Source: a virus
Lineage: Duplodnaviria > Caudoviricetes
IMG/VR virus record: IMGVR_UViG_3300025296_000050
Span: 1 to 38,153 of that record
DNA length: 38,153 nt
Strand: one strand, 5' to 3'
This document shows positions 17,011-24,999 of the stretch, piece by piece (the stretch's first letter is position 1; every line of letters begins with the position of its first letter). The notes under the pieces are model-generated. The model was given only the letters and a program-made list of their open reading frames with translations. It ran no database searches and was not told where the DNA came from. The position numbers and the translations under genes are program-made.

Positions 17011-17725
17011 GATATCCGAACCGTTCCATCATGGCACGGTTGACGGTTTCGATCTTGCGCGCCTGGGGCTTGGTCAGCACGTTGCGCCAGCCGCCCGCCT
17101 GGCCGCGCCGAAAGAAACGCTTGCACGACGGCGGCCGTTCGGCAAACCCGTCGCGGTCCTCTTGCGCCTGTAGTTCGTGAAACCGGGAATGGTCGATGGC
17201 GCGCGCAAATTGTTTGCGGTCAAAACCGGGAGCAAGAACCGACGCGATCAGGTTAAATGCTAGGCCGTTCCGATTGCCAAGTATGGTTTCATATCGCATT
17301 ACCAAACCCGAAGGTACGACGGTGTTTTTTGTCCACGCCTTGACGTGCCCGGACCATGACCCGTCCGCCGTCTTGGCCGGTGGGGTCACAACGCGGTCGG
17401 CGCGCGGCGCCATCGGTTCTTTGCTGTTCAACGTCCTGATCGCCCGGCTTATCGTCACGCCGTAATGGGCGGCCCAGGACACGGCAACGTCGCGGGGGTC
17501 GCGGACGATGTAGACGGTGCGCGGCGGGATGGTCAGGCCATGAGGCAAGCGGTGTATCCTCACCATGTCGCCGTCCGCTAGGTTGCCCACGTCCTTGTGG
17601 TAGACCTTCCACAAGTCCACGATTTGTTGCAGGCGCAACGGTTCGGCGCCGCCGTGGAGCAAGTTCGCCAGAAATGCCCGGACCCACGTCGAGCCGGACT
17701 TCGGATAGGACGCGACCCAAATCAT
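16991..17725 (-). CDS. PAPS-dependent sulfotransferase (Sulfotransfer_1-like)
   Basis: 5'-PSB motif SYPKSGSTW, 3'-PB motif YIVRDPRDVAVS, RYE, FFRRGQAGGW; start ATG 17725. Confidence 0.88.
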   Translation of the reverse strand: MIWVASYPKSGSTWVRAFLANLLHGGAEPLRLQQIVDLWKVYHKDVGNLADGDMVRIHRLPHGLTIPPRTVYIVRDPRDVAVSWAAHYGVTISRAIRTLNSKEPMAPRADRVVTPPAKTADGSWSGHVKAWTKNTVVPSGLVMRYETILGNRNGLAFNLIASVLAPGFDRKQFARAIDHSRFHELQAQEDRDGFAERPPSCKRFFRRGQAGGWRNVLTKPQARKIETVNRAMMERFGYLDKSNE

Positions 17726-17871
17726 CCGAACACCCCGGCCATCCATTGAAGGATCATCCCGACGATTGCCGCGACGGCGATTATCGGCGGGGCGACGACG
17801 ATAGCCGCCAATAAGTAAACCCACCATCGGGGCCGCGCCGGCGGCGGGTTGATGTCGTCAAAGATCGTCAA
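17722..17871 (-). CDS. Small membrane protein (49 aa, not in the ORF track)
   Basis: TTG start; WWVYLLAAIVVAPPIIAVAAIVGMILQW; overlaps both neighbours by 4 nt. Confidence 0.5.
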   Translation of the reverse strand: MTIFDDINPPPARPRWWVYLLAAIVVAPPIIAVAAIVGMILQWMAGVFG

Positions 17872-18101
17872 TCCCTGTCCTCCTCGGCTTCGCGCATACG
17901 CACGGGGTTATCTTGCCCGTCCGCGTCCAGGGCCGCTTCCAGGGCGGCAAACTGCGTGTCATCGATATAGCTATCCCGGTTGGCCCGTCGCAAATCCCGC
18001 GCCGCCTCGGCGACGGCGAGTAGGTAAATACTTTCCTCAACGCTGGGGACTGTACGGTTCTTTCGCCATCGCGCCCGTATCTCGTCTATGCGGTCGCTCA
18101 T
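17868..18101 (-). CDS. Hypothetical protein
   Basis: 77 aa; coupled. Confidence 0.55.
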   Translation of the reverse strand: MSDRIDEIRARWRKNRTVPSVEESIYLLAVAEAARDLRRANRDSYIDDTQFAALEAALDADGQDNPVRMREAEEDRD

Positions 18102-18277
18102 GGCTCCATCGCCCGTTTCAGGTAAACGGCCATGTCAAGGGCCTCTTCGTAAGCATATTCCAGCCATTTGCGGTGGGACAGCGGGTTGTCGCCGACGTGA
18201 ACGCCGTACTTCAACTTGCCCTTCTCCGAACGCCGGCTCAGGTCGGCCTTTACGGCCTCGACGATGCGGTCGGTCAT
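18098..18277 (-). CDS. Small all-alpha phage protein (MazG/NTP-PPase-like pattern)
   Basis: 59 aa; KYG...WLEYAYEEALDMAVYL. Confidence 0.55.
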   Translation of the reverse strand: MTDRIVEAVKADLSRRSEKGKLKYGVHVGDNPLSHRKWLEYAYEEALDMAVYLKRAMEP

Positions 18278-18516
18278 TTCAGGGCCTCGTCGATCATGAC
18301 TTGCCATACTTTGTCGGCATCGTGGTCAGACCAATGGCCCGCTTCATCGCCGGCATGGCCCATCGCCTCGGTCGGCTCCCGCATGGCCTCGATAGCGGCA
18401 CGGGCCTGGGCTTCATACCGCTTCCAATATGGGCCGCCGTTCGCCCCAATCTCGTCCGGGTCGTGTGGGCCAGTCTTGCATAGCGCCCTCTCCACCCGCT
18501 CCACCATCTCGCTCAT
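18274..18516 (-). CDS. Hypothetical protein
   Basis: 80 aa from ATG 18516; ARAAIEAMREPT..W..MID pattern common in alphaproteobacterial phages. Confidence 0.6.
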   Translation of the reverse strand: MSEMVERVERALCKTGPHDPDEIGANGGPYWKRYEAQARAAIEAMREPTEAMGHAGDEAGHWSDHDADKVWQVMIDEALK

Positions 18517-18740
18517 CGTTCCTTCTCCCGCACTAATCTGCACCCAAGTGCGCCAGCACACTTTCGTAGATTACGCAATTCGGCGCCATCTCGGTGCCTG
18601 AAGCAGTTGCCGAAAATGCACCGGCCTTGATAGCAACATTCCCCGCTCGCATTTTCACAACGCATCATGGCGCGAGCGAACTTCTCGTGGTCCTCGTTGT
18701 CTATCCGCAGCCACGATTCACACGCCCGGCCCATATTCAT
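18513..18740 (-). CDS. Cys-rich hypothetical protein
   Basis: 75 aa; ATGA overlaps. Confidence 0.5.
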   Translation of the reverse strand: MNMGRACESWLRIDNEDHEKFARAMMRCENASGECCYQGRCIFGNCFRHRDGAELRNLRKCAGALGCRLVREKER

Positions 18741-19080
18741 TCTCCCTCGGCTATCATGGCGTCGGCTATTTTGAAGGCGTATTCGGCAACCTGTTTCATG
18801 CCTTCCGGCCCGTACCGCCCGCCGTTGTCATAAACCGCCGCCAATGCCTGGCCCGCGTACCACTGGCGAAGGGACATGCCTGTATCCTCCGCCGAAGGGA
18901 CATGCCTGTATCCTCCGCCATGGGCGGTAGCGGGAAAGCCGGCCCGCCGTCGCGTTGCGGGGCCTCGTCGATAATCGTGACCCCGGCTATCTTGGAGGCC
19001 ATCGTCTCCTCCTCGGTCAGTGATAGCCGCTTGGTCAGTGCGTCCACGTCGCCGGTAATGCCGTCGTCTGTCTCGCTCAT
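18737..19080 (-). pseudogene. GGPAFP..GMSLR.WYAGQAL..ADAM-family phage gene frameshifted by a 26-bp duplication
   Basis: Removing one copy restores ...DGGPAFP..GMSLRQWYAGQAL...AFKIADAMIAEGE* with ATGA overlaps at both ends. Confidence 0.75.
18867..18918. repeat. Perfect 26-bp tandem duplication
   Basis: CGAAGGGACATGCCTGTATCCTCCGC x2. Confidence 0.95.
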
Positions 19081-19985
19081 GTCCCCGCTCCTTTCATTTG
19101 CCTGTCGATGGCGTACAGCGCGTCCGTCGCCCATTTCTCTCCCCGTGTCACGGCGTCGCCAATCCGCTCGGCCTCCTCGTTGCCCCGTCGCCGCTCGATT
19201 TCCCGCAACATCCGGCCACGCCACGCCAGCAACGCCGGTTGGGATTTCCCCACCACGTCGGCATCACCCGGCGTTAGCGCCCGCGTCCGGAACCAGTTTT
19301 CCAGCCATGCGACCGGATCATCCGGGACACCCTCCGCCCGCAAGTCCACGGTGCCGAATGCGGCGATGACCCGCGCCTCGCCATGGTCGCGACACCACCG
19401 GCCCAAGAGCGACCGCAAACCGTCCGGCGGCTTGTCCAGCCAAGCGGCCAAGGCGGATAGGCATTCGCCGAAGACGGTCCCCTTCAAGTCAGGGGCGACG
19501 TGCGCGGGCCGGTCGAGTAAATTTTCGTCGGGCGGAACGCCCTCAGAAGCTTTAGCTTCTGGTCCTTCTTTAAGGGGTTGGGGTTGGGGGTTGCCCTTCC
19601 GTTGACCGTTCTGTTGCGACGGAACTGGAACGTCCGTTGATGTAGTCTGTTGTCGTTTCAACGCACTAGCCTTCCCGGCTTGCGACTTTTGTAGGCGCCT
19701 TTCCTCTACATACTTTCGTTCAACTATCAACCGTTTTTGTGTCCATTTCCCGTCAATTATGGTGAAAAACGTCTCTACCACTGGCCGCAGTTGGGACTGC
19801 CACCGCCGCTCTGTTACGCCCAACATGCGGGCCAACCGCCGGTCGTCATCATCAAGAACGCCATCGGGCGAGCGCCATGAGAGCATCAACAGCATGAGAT
19901 AGGCCCCATGCTCCTCAAGCGTCAGGTGCTTGGTATCGGCGATATAGTCGCCGCAGAATAGGGGCATGGACGGCGCTCCGCTCAC
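19077..19985 (-). CDS. Replication initiator-like protein, DUF1376/YdaU family
   Basis: MPLFCGDYIADTKHLTLEEHGAY..LL...W motif; GTG 19985 overlaps the upstream stop. Confidence 0.8.
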   Translation of the reverse strand: MSGAPSMPLFCGDYIADTKHLTLEEHGAYLMLLMLSWRSPDGVLDDDDRRLARMLGVTERRWQSQLRPVVETFFTIIDGKWTQKRLIVERKYVEERRLQKSQAGKASALKRQQTTSTDVPVPSQQNGQRKGNPQPQPLKEGPEAKASEGVPPDENLLDRPAHVAPDLKGTVFGECLSALAAWLDKPPDGLRSLLGRWCRDHGEARVIAAFGTVDLRAEGVPDDPVAWLENWFRTRALTPGDADVVGKSQPALLAWRGRMLREIERRRGNEEAERIGDAVTRGEKWATDALYAIDRQMKGAGT

Positions 19986-20389
19986 CCCATATCCTCCGCA
20001 ATCGCCTCGACGGTGGCGCGGAAGGCGGGCTCGCGGGCCATGCGTTCTTTGGCCCGTTTGATGCCGACCAAAATTGTGCTGTGGTCCCTGTCGCCGAAGT
20101 ATAGGCCGATCTCCACCGATGAATGTCGGGTCAACGTGTGGGCCAACAAATAAACCGCGTGGCGGGCGCGGACGATGAATTGATGGCGCTGACGGCCGAC
20201 AAGTTGTGCCTGGGTCACGAGGTATGGGCCACCGTCCTCCCACCACACTGCCCCCAATACGCGGCGGATAATATGGTGCATCTTTGGGTATGACATCTTT
20301 TGTGGCGGCCGGGCGCTCCAATCCCAATCCCACGAGATGGCGCCGATCTCCGGGAACGGCGTGAAGCCGTGGGGGAATGCGTCATTCAC
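19982..20389 (-). CDS. DnaA C-terminal (domain IV) HTH-like protein
   Basis: R....ARH..YL......S..EIG..FGDRDHSTI motif; GTG start after GGAGG. Confidence 0.8.
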   Translation of the reverse strand: MNDAFPHGFTPFPEIGAISWDWDWSARPPQKMSYPKMHHIIRRVLGAVWWEDGGPYLVTQAQLVGRQRHQFIVRARHAVYLLAHTLTRHSSVEIGLYFGDRDHSTILVGIKRAKERMAREPAFRATVEAIAEDMG

Positions 20390-20516
20390 GGTCCGCCTCC
20401 GTCGCTTCCTCGGGGTGCTCGGCCAGATAGCGCCGTCGCATTGCCGCGATAGCAAGATACCAGCACCGATGGGAATTAAGGTCCGGGTCATAGTCGGGGG
20501 CGGGATCGGGGATCAT
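20382..20516 (-). CDS. Small hypothetical protein (44 aa)
   Basis: MIPDPAPDYDPDLNSHRCWY..; fills the gap with an ATGA overlap. Confidence 0.45.
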   Translation of the reverse strand: MIPDPAPDYDPDLNSHRCWYLAIAAMRRRYLAEHPEEATEADRE

Positions 20517-21397
20517 GCGGCGTCACCAAATAGATCAAGCTGATTTTCCTCTGCCTCCATGTAGCGGCCGGCCTGTTGGAAATAGCTCTCCTTCAATTCA
20601 ATGCCGACGAACTTGCGGCCAAAGTGGAGTGCCGAGACGCCCTCCGACCCTACGCCCATAAAGGGGGAGAGAATCACGTCGCCAGGGTTCGACCACATGG
20701 TCAATGCGCGTTCGATTACGTCCAGTTGTAACGGGCAAAGATGTCGCTCGTCGTGCGCCGACTTGGCCGCTTTTACGTTGAGAACGCGCGTCTGGTTGAC
20801 CGTCATCCAAACAGGCGATGCCCATTCCTGCCATTGTTCGAGCGGGAAATCTTCTGGCGTGTGCTCAATTGGGCTCTCGTTTTCGCCCGGCTTGATGAAG
20901 GTCAGAAGGTAGTCCGGCATCCCGCCGCGTGATTTTGAACTGTCCTTACGCAGTTGCTTGTAAAGGAGCCCGACATGCTTGGTCCGCGTCATCTCGACAA
21001 CCGGGCATTTCCAGATCGTCCGGCGGCCGTGGTAGATCCATCCTGCATGTTCGTGAGCGGCGATAATCTGACCGGAAAAGTCCTTGATCCCGACGGCGCC
21101 GTCCTTCCATTTTGTCATCGGGAGGTCGGAGCAATGAACCGCAGTCAGGCGCCCCGGCTTGGTGATGCGGAGTTTCTCGGCGACCGCGAATGCGTAGTGT
21201 TCGGCGAATTCCGCGTCGGTGGAATTGCCCATGTCGGCCACGCTCTCGGAGTACACGAACAGCGAGCCGAACGGCGGGGAGTAAACGGAAAATCCTATGC
21301 TCGCCTCGGGGATTTGGCGCATAACCTCGACGCAATCGCCTTGATAAGCCGCCCATGATTTTCCCTCATTGGAATTCAGGCATCGGATGTTAGCCAC
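20513..21397 (-). CDS. DNA amino-methyltransferase (N4-C/N6-A, beta class)
   Basis: Catalytic SPPF motif before SAM-binding SPFMGVGS; GRKFVGIEL. Confidence 0.88.
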   Translation of the reverse strand: MANIRCLNSNEGKSWAAYQGDCVEVMRQIPEASIGFSVYSPPFGSLFVYSESVADMGNSTDAEFAEHYAFAVAEKLRITKPGRLTAVHCSDLPMTKWKDGAVGIKDFSGQIIAAHEHAGWIYHGRRTIWKCPVVEMTRTKHVGLLYKQLRKDSSKSRGGMPDYLLTFIKPGENESPIEHTPEDFPLEQWQEWASPVWMTVNQTRVLNVKAAKSAHDERHLCPLQLDVIERALTMWSNPGDVILSPFMGVGSEGVSALHFGRKFVGIELKESYFQQAGRYMEAEENQLDLFGDAA

Positions 21398-22752
21398 GGC
21401 GGCAGTCCTCCATGGTGGTTCGGTTCATAGGCAATCTTGCGGTCAGACGCCGCGCTTTTGTTGCGCGCCATCGCTGCCAGCATCGCCGACTTCATTTCAA
21501 TATGCTCCCGGGCCTTGCGGTCGATCACTCGGCCGATTTCGCGTTCCCCCTCGGCAAGTATTAGATGAACGGCGACAGGATGCTTCTGTCCGTACCGCCA
21601 GCACCGCCGCACGGCTTGGTAGTAAGTCTCATAGGAATAGCTGCGTCCTACAAACGCCATACGCGCGCAATGTTGCCAGTTGAGCCCGTGCCCGCACATC
21701 GCGGGCTTGGCGATCAAGACCTTGGCATCGCCCGAGGAAAAAGCATCAAGCAGTTGTTCCTTCTGATCAATGGATTGCGACCCACGGACTTCAATTGCAT
21801 CAGGCATCGCGGCCTTTAGGGCGTCGGCTTCGTAATTAGTGTCGCACCACAAAACCCAGGGCTCGCCATTAACCAAGGCGGCCGCCGTTTCGGCTCGGGC
21901 CTTGACCGTCTGGCGTTTCACGTCGTGCATCGTGGTCGCGCTCATTGAGACGGCCGCGAACAATCCACCGTCGCTCGCCTTGATCTGGCTATCCCGTGAA
22001 CGGTGTATGTGGACGTTCAACGCCGGCAAATCGAAGCCTGAAATATCGTCGCCAAGATCGGCCGGGCTTTCGGCCATGCGCGACCAGGACGCCATCCAGT
22101 CCCAAAACGCTATCTCCCCGTGCCGTTTAAGCCGCCATTCCTGGCTGGCGGTCGATGTATCGTTGATGAAAAACCGCGACAACATTTCAACAGCCGAAAG
22201 CGTGTTCAAAAATTCGGCGTAGTTACCAAGCTCCATATGGTCATTCGGCGCCGGCGTCGCTGTCGCCGCCATCTTCCACTTGTGGTCGGACAACGAATCG
22301 ATCAACGCCCGGGTCGTCTTGCCGGTGAATGATTTCAGAATGCTCGCCTCGTCTAATGATACAGCACCGAAAGCGCCCAGATCCAACTTGTCGAGGCGGT
22401 CATAATTGCAAATGCTGATACCGTCTTTCACATCGGACTGATCTCGAACCACCCGCACCGGGTAGTCGAACACACGGCCCTCGCGCTCGATCTGGCGGGC
22501 GACGGCAAGAGGCGTCAGGATCAAGGCGCGGCCGTTCGACGCGGCCTCTGCATGGCGCGCCCATTCCAACTGCACGAAGGTCTTGCCGAGCCCGGTGTCC
22601 AGGAAAATGCCGGTCCGGCCTTGGCGTAGGGCGAATTCAACACAATGAGATTGGAACGGGAACAGATAGTCAGCCAACGGCGGGATACTATCCATCCCTC
22701 GCGATTCGGCGCGAACCGCCTTGCGGGCCAGGAAATCCTGATATGGCACCAT
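21376..22752 (-). CDS. SF2 (SNF2-like) helicase
   Basis: LFPFQ, DTGLGKT, LDEAS, TATPAPND, GLNWQ, QAVRRCWRYGQ. Confidence 0.9.
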   Translation of the reverse strand: MVPYQDFLARKAVRAESRGMDSIPPLADYLFPFQSHCVEFALRQGRTGIFLDTGLGKTFVQLEWARHAEAASNGRALILTPLAVARQIEREGRVFDYPVRVVRDQSDVKDGISICNYDRLDKLDLGAFGAVSLDEASILKSFTGKTTRALIDSLSDHKWKMAATATPAPNDHMELGNYAEFLNTLSAVEMLSRFFINDTSTASQEWRLKRHGEIAFWDWMASWSRMAESPADLGDDISGFDLPALNVHIHRSRDSQIKASDGGLFAAVSMSATTMHDVKRQTVKARAETAAALVNGEPWVLWCDTNYEADALKAAMPDAIEVRGSQSIDQKEQLLDAFSSGDAKVLIAKPAMCGHGLNWQHCARMAFVGRSYSYETYYQAVRRCWRYGQKHPVAVHLILAEGEREIGRVIDRKAREHIEMKSAMLAAMARNKSAASDRKIAYEPNHHGGLPPWLTSDA

Positions 22753-22753
22753 G

Positions 22754-23131
22754 CTACGCCACCCGCCTTGCCGCGCCCTGGCGGTCAATGGGGCCGAGCC
22801 AGGCGTCGAGAGTGCCCTGCACGGCTTCTAGGCTGTCGCAGATAGCACATAGGGCGCGGTGGTCTTGCAGCCGGAATATCGTGTGGACCTGATTCTTCGT
22901 TGCTGGCCGCCCCGGCGACTTCAATTCGATGAACGCCGCTTTGCCGCCCGGCAACACCATCCCGATATCCGGCATTCCGGCCCGCACACCCTGACCCTTG
23001 AATATGGCGGCCTCGACACGGCTTCGCTTGCCGCCGTTGGGGATGGCGTAGAACATCAGCCGGCCCTGGCGTTCCAGGATCGCGAGGTATTCCACCACGG
23101 CGCGCTGTAGGGCTTGTTCGGGGCGGTTCAA
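22754..23131 (-). CDS. VRR-NUC nuclease
   Basis: E..LQ, IPNGG, GVRAGMPD, FIELK..G....NQ; SD AAGGAG. Confidence 0.85.
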   Translation of the reverse strand: MNRPEQALQRAVVEYLAILERQGRLMFYAIPNGGKRSRVEAAIFKGQGVRAGMPDIGMVLPGGKAAFIELKSPGRPATKNQVHTIFRLQDHRALCAICDSLEAVQGTLDAWLGPIDRQGAARRVA

Positions 23132-23151
23132 CGCTCACTCCTTAGTTGCGG

Positions 23152-23279
23152 GGTGCGGGCCGGGCGCTACTCCGGCTCAGGATGCCCGCCAACAGCGACG
23201 GACGGCGATCTCCGAGGACTGCATGACCTCATCGATTCCTGCATTCGAAAGGCATGTCTGCTTTCCACGCTGCCGCGCC
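23152..23279 (-). ncRNA. Candidate tRNA-like structured RNA (not a canonical tRNA)
   Basis: Acceptor-like GGCGCGG/CCGCACC, D-arm-like GCGUG-GAAAGCAGA-CAUGC, T-arm-like GCCGG-AGUAGCGC-CCGGC, large branched central domain. Confidence 0.4.
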
Positions 23280-23299
23280 ACGTCCCGCCGAAGCGGAAC

Positions 23300-23329
23300 T
23301 GAAATAAAGGACTGGGGCCGAAGCCCCAG
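23300..23329 (-). terminator. Possible intrinsic terminator/attenuator
   Basis: CUGGGGC-UUCG-GCCCCAG followed by UCCUUUAUUU. Confidence 0.45.
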
Positions 23330-23406
23330 CCAAGGTGCCCGGCGCGATGCCGGGTCAGGGAGGAACTGAATTGTCGGCACTGCGTTCTCAATGGGCAAAG
23401 AGCTGT

Positions 23407-23604
23407 TCACGCCGCTCTCCGTTCCGCTGCGGCAATGATGTCTGCGGGCTCACAGGGGCGTTGGTCGAGCATCCATCGCCGAGACCGGCCACCGTAATAG
23501 GCGCGGATCGGCCCCAATTTGATCGCCGCCTGAAAAACCTTGATCCTCCGGCGGTGGTTCCACCACTGCGGTAGCCCGTGTGCCCATGATAGGCTGCGCT
23601 TCAT
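23407..23604 (-). CDS. Hypothetical protein
   Basis: 65 aa; coupled. Confidence 0.5.
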   Translation of the reverse strand: MKRSLSWAHGLPQWWNHRRRIKVFQAAIKLGPIRAYYGGRSRRWMLDQRPCEPADIIAAAERRAA

Positions 23605-23810
23605 GCCGCTCCCCGTTCCAAATGCGCGGCGCTATCGGCGAAGGCAAACGCTCGTTGCGGCGGCAACCGCGCCTCGATGTATGCGGCCAGCTCCGCGTTG
23701 ACGGCCGCCCGCAATGCCTTGGCGTGGCCGGTGATGGTGCCGTCCCGGCGCTGGCGGGCCAGAGCCAACTTACGTTGGGCTTCGGCGACGCCATCGCTAT
23801 AGACAGGCAT
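23601..23810 (-). CDS. Hypothetical protein
   Basis: 69 aa; coupled to the cro-like gene. Confidence 0.55.
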   Translation of the reverse strand: MPVYSDGVAEAQRKLALARQRRDGTITGHAKALRAAVNAELAAYIEARLPPQRAFAFADSAAHLERGAA

Positions 23811-24007
23811 TACCCATCCCTTTTCGTCGGGAAATCGGCAAGCCCGACTGACCCATTAGTCGCCGCGATAATTCGGCGCATCGCCGAGAGCGACGGCAAG
23901 CGGTCATCCTTGCACCAGCGGGTAACGGTGGCGCGGCTAACTGCAACCCGGCGGGCGAATTCCGCCGCCGATATTCCTTGCTTTCCGAGGTACGTTTTTA
24001 ATTGCAT
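23810..24007 (-). CDS. Cro-like HTH regulator
   Basis: 65 aa; SAAEFARRVAVSRATVTRW..RLP...I...TNGSV...DF. Confidence 0.85.
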   Translation of the reverse strand: MQLKTYLGKQGISAAEFARRVAVSRATVTRWCKDDRLPSLSAMRRIIAATNGSVGLADFPTKRDG

Positions 24008-24013
24008 AATTAG

Positions 24014-24043
24014 ACGCTACCAAAAAAGTTTCCGCCGTGTCAA
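24014..24043 (-). promoter_or_regulatory. Leftward early promoter (probably leaderless cro mRNA)
   Basis: TTGACA-18 nt-TAGCGT, 6 nt before the ATG; no SD. Confidence 0.6.
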
Positions 24044-24051
24044 CAATTATC

Positions 24052-24080
24052 TTGACATGGCGTTTCCCATTAGGTAACGT
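24052..24080 (+). promoter_or_regulatory. Rightward early promoter
   Basis: TTGACA-17 nt-TAACGT; spacer overlaps the imperfect palindrome GTTTCC-N5-GGTAAC. Confidence 0.65.
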
Positions 24081-24097
24081 CATAAATATCAACCCAC

Positions 24098-24339
24098 CCA
24101 CGGGCGATGGAGGAATAAATGATTTACCAAAAAATGATCCGCGAAGACTGCCCCGACCATGACCCCACCGAGGTCGAGGCATATATGCGGCTGGAATTCG
24201 GAACCCTCGACCACCTGCCCCGCGACCAGTTCCGCCGTGAGGCGCGTTTGGCCGCCCGGTGCGTAGACGCCGACCCTCGCCAAGCGAAGGCGTTGGTAGC
24301 GTCCTACGGGCTTTAGTAACACCACGGGCGATGGAGGAA
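24098..24339 (+). repeat. 18-bp direct repeats flanking the first rightward gene
   Basis: CCACGGGCGATGGAGGAA at 24098-24115 and 24322-24339. Confidence 0.85.
24119..24316 (+). CDS. Hypothetical early protein
   Basis: 65 aa; GGAGG SD. Confidence 0.7.
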   Translation: MIYQKMIREDCPDHDPTEVEAYMRLEFGTLDHLPRDQFRREARLAARCVDADPRQAKALVASYGL

Positions 24340-24343
24340 CGGG

Positions 24344-24649
24344 ATGAGCAAGCATACGCCATGGTATATCCACGCGGCTGATGATCACATTACCATCCGC
24401 GCGGAAGACACGGACGGCATAGTCGCCACCATCGAGGATGGCGGGCTGTTGATCGACACCGCGCCACCAACCTTTAGCCGCGAGGAAATGGACGCTCACG
24501 CCCGCCTAATCGCCGCCGCGCCGGACTTGCTGGCGGCGCTGAAAACGCTCCGGCCCATGGTCGGCTCCCCGGACGGCCACACCGTCGGCGACGTGTGGCG
24601 GGCGCAGAAACAGGCCGACGACGCCATCGCCAAGGCACAGGAGGAATAA
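24344..24649 (+). CDS. Phage hypothetical protein (KHTPW..ARLIAAAPDLL family)
   Basis: 101 aa; recognisable motif; GGAGG SD. Confidence 0.75.
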   Translation: MSKHTPWYIHAADDHITIRAEDTDGIVATIEDGGLLIDTAPPTFSREEMDAHARLIAAAPDLLAALKTLRPMVGSPDGHTVGDVWRAQKQADDAIAKAQEE

Positions 24650-24895
24650 ATGATTATCAGCAATGCACACGACCACGAATTCGCCGAGGGCTTGTACAAA
24701 AAGGCCGTGCGTCTGGTGGGCTTGCTCCGCGAGGCGGAACAAATCGCCGGCGAGTTGATGAACGAGGGCGAAATGGCCGACAACAATGGCCTTTTGGATT
24801 ACGAAAAAACCCTCGAAGATGCCCTGGACGCGGCGGGCGTCGCCCAAGACAACATCGATGCCGCCATCCGCGAATATCTGCGGGACGCCGCGTGA
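24650..24895 (+). CDS. Acidic helical hypothetical protein
   Basis: 81 aa; GGAGG SD. Confidence 0.65.
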   Translation: MIISNAHDHEFAEGLYKKAVRLVGLLREAEQIAGELMNEGEMADNNGLLDYEKTLEDALDAAGVAQDNIDAAIREYLRDAA

Positions 24896-24999
24896 TGGCC
24901 CGCTTGTTCGCCTGGCTGTTCCGCCGCCGCGCAACATTGGCCCAACGGCTTCTGGCAGTCAGCATCGCCAACGCCACGGATAGGAGCGTGTTGCGATGA
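24895..24999 (+). CDS. Small hypothetical protein (34 aa)
   Basis: MARLFAWLFRRR..; overlaps on both sides. Confidence 0.45.
   Translation: MARLFAWLFRRRATLAQRLLAVSIANATDRSVLR

Noticed and set aside
23152-23279. Canonical tRNA gene
   Set aside because: No TTCRA T-loop, no 7-nt anticodon loop at the right position, too long
23167-23410. 74- and 77-aa ORFs
   Set aside because: No protein-like features; region better explained by RNA structure, though the 77-aa ORF is start/stop-coupled and cannot be fully excluded
18867-24655. Repeats as a CRISPR or mini-array
   Set aside because: Only two copies each, no regular spacers, no cas genes
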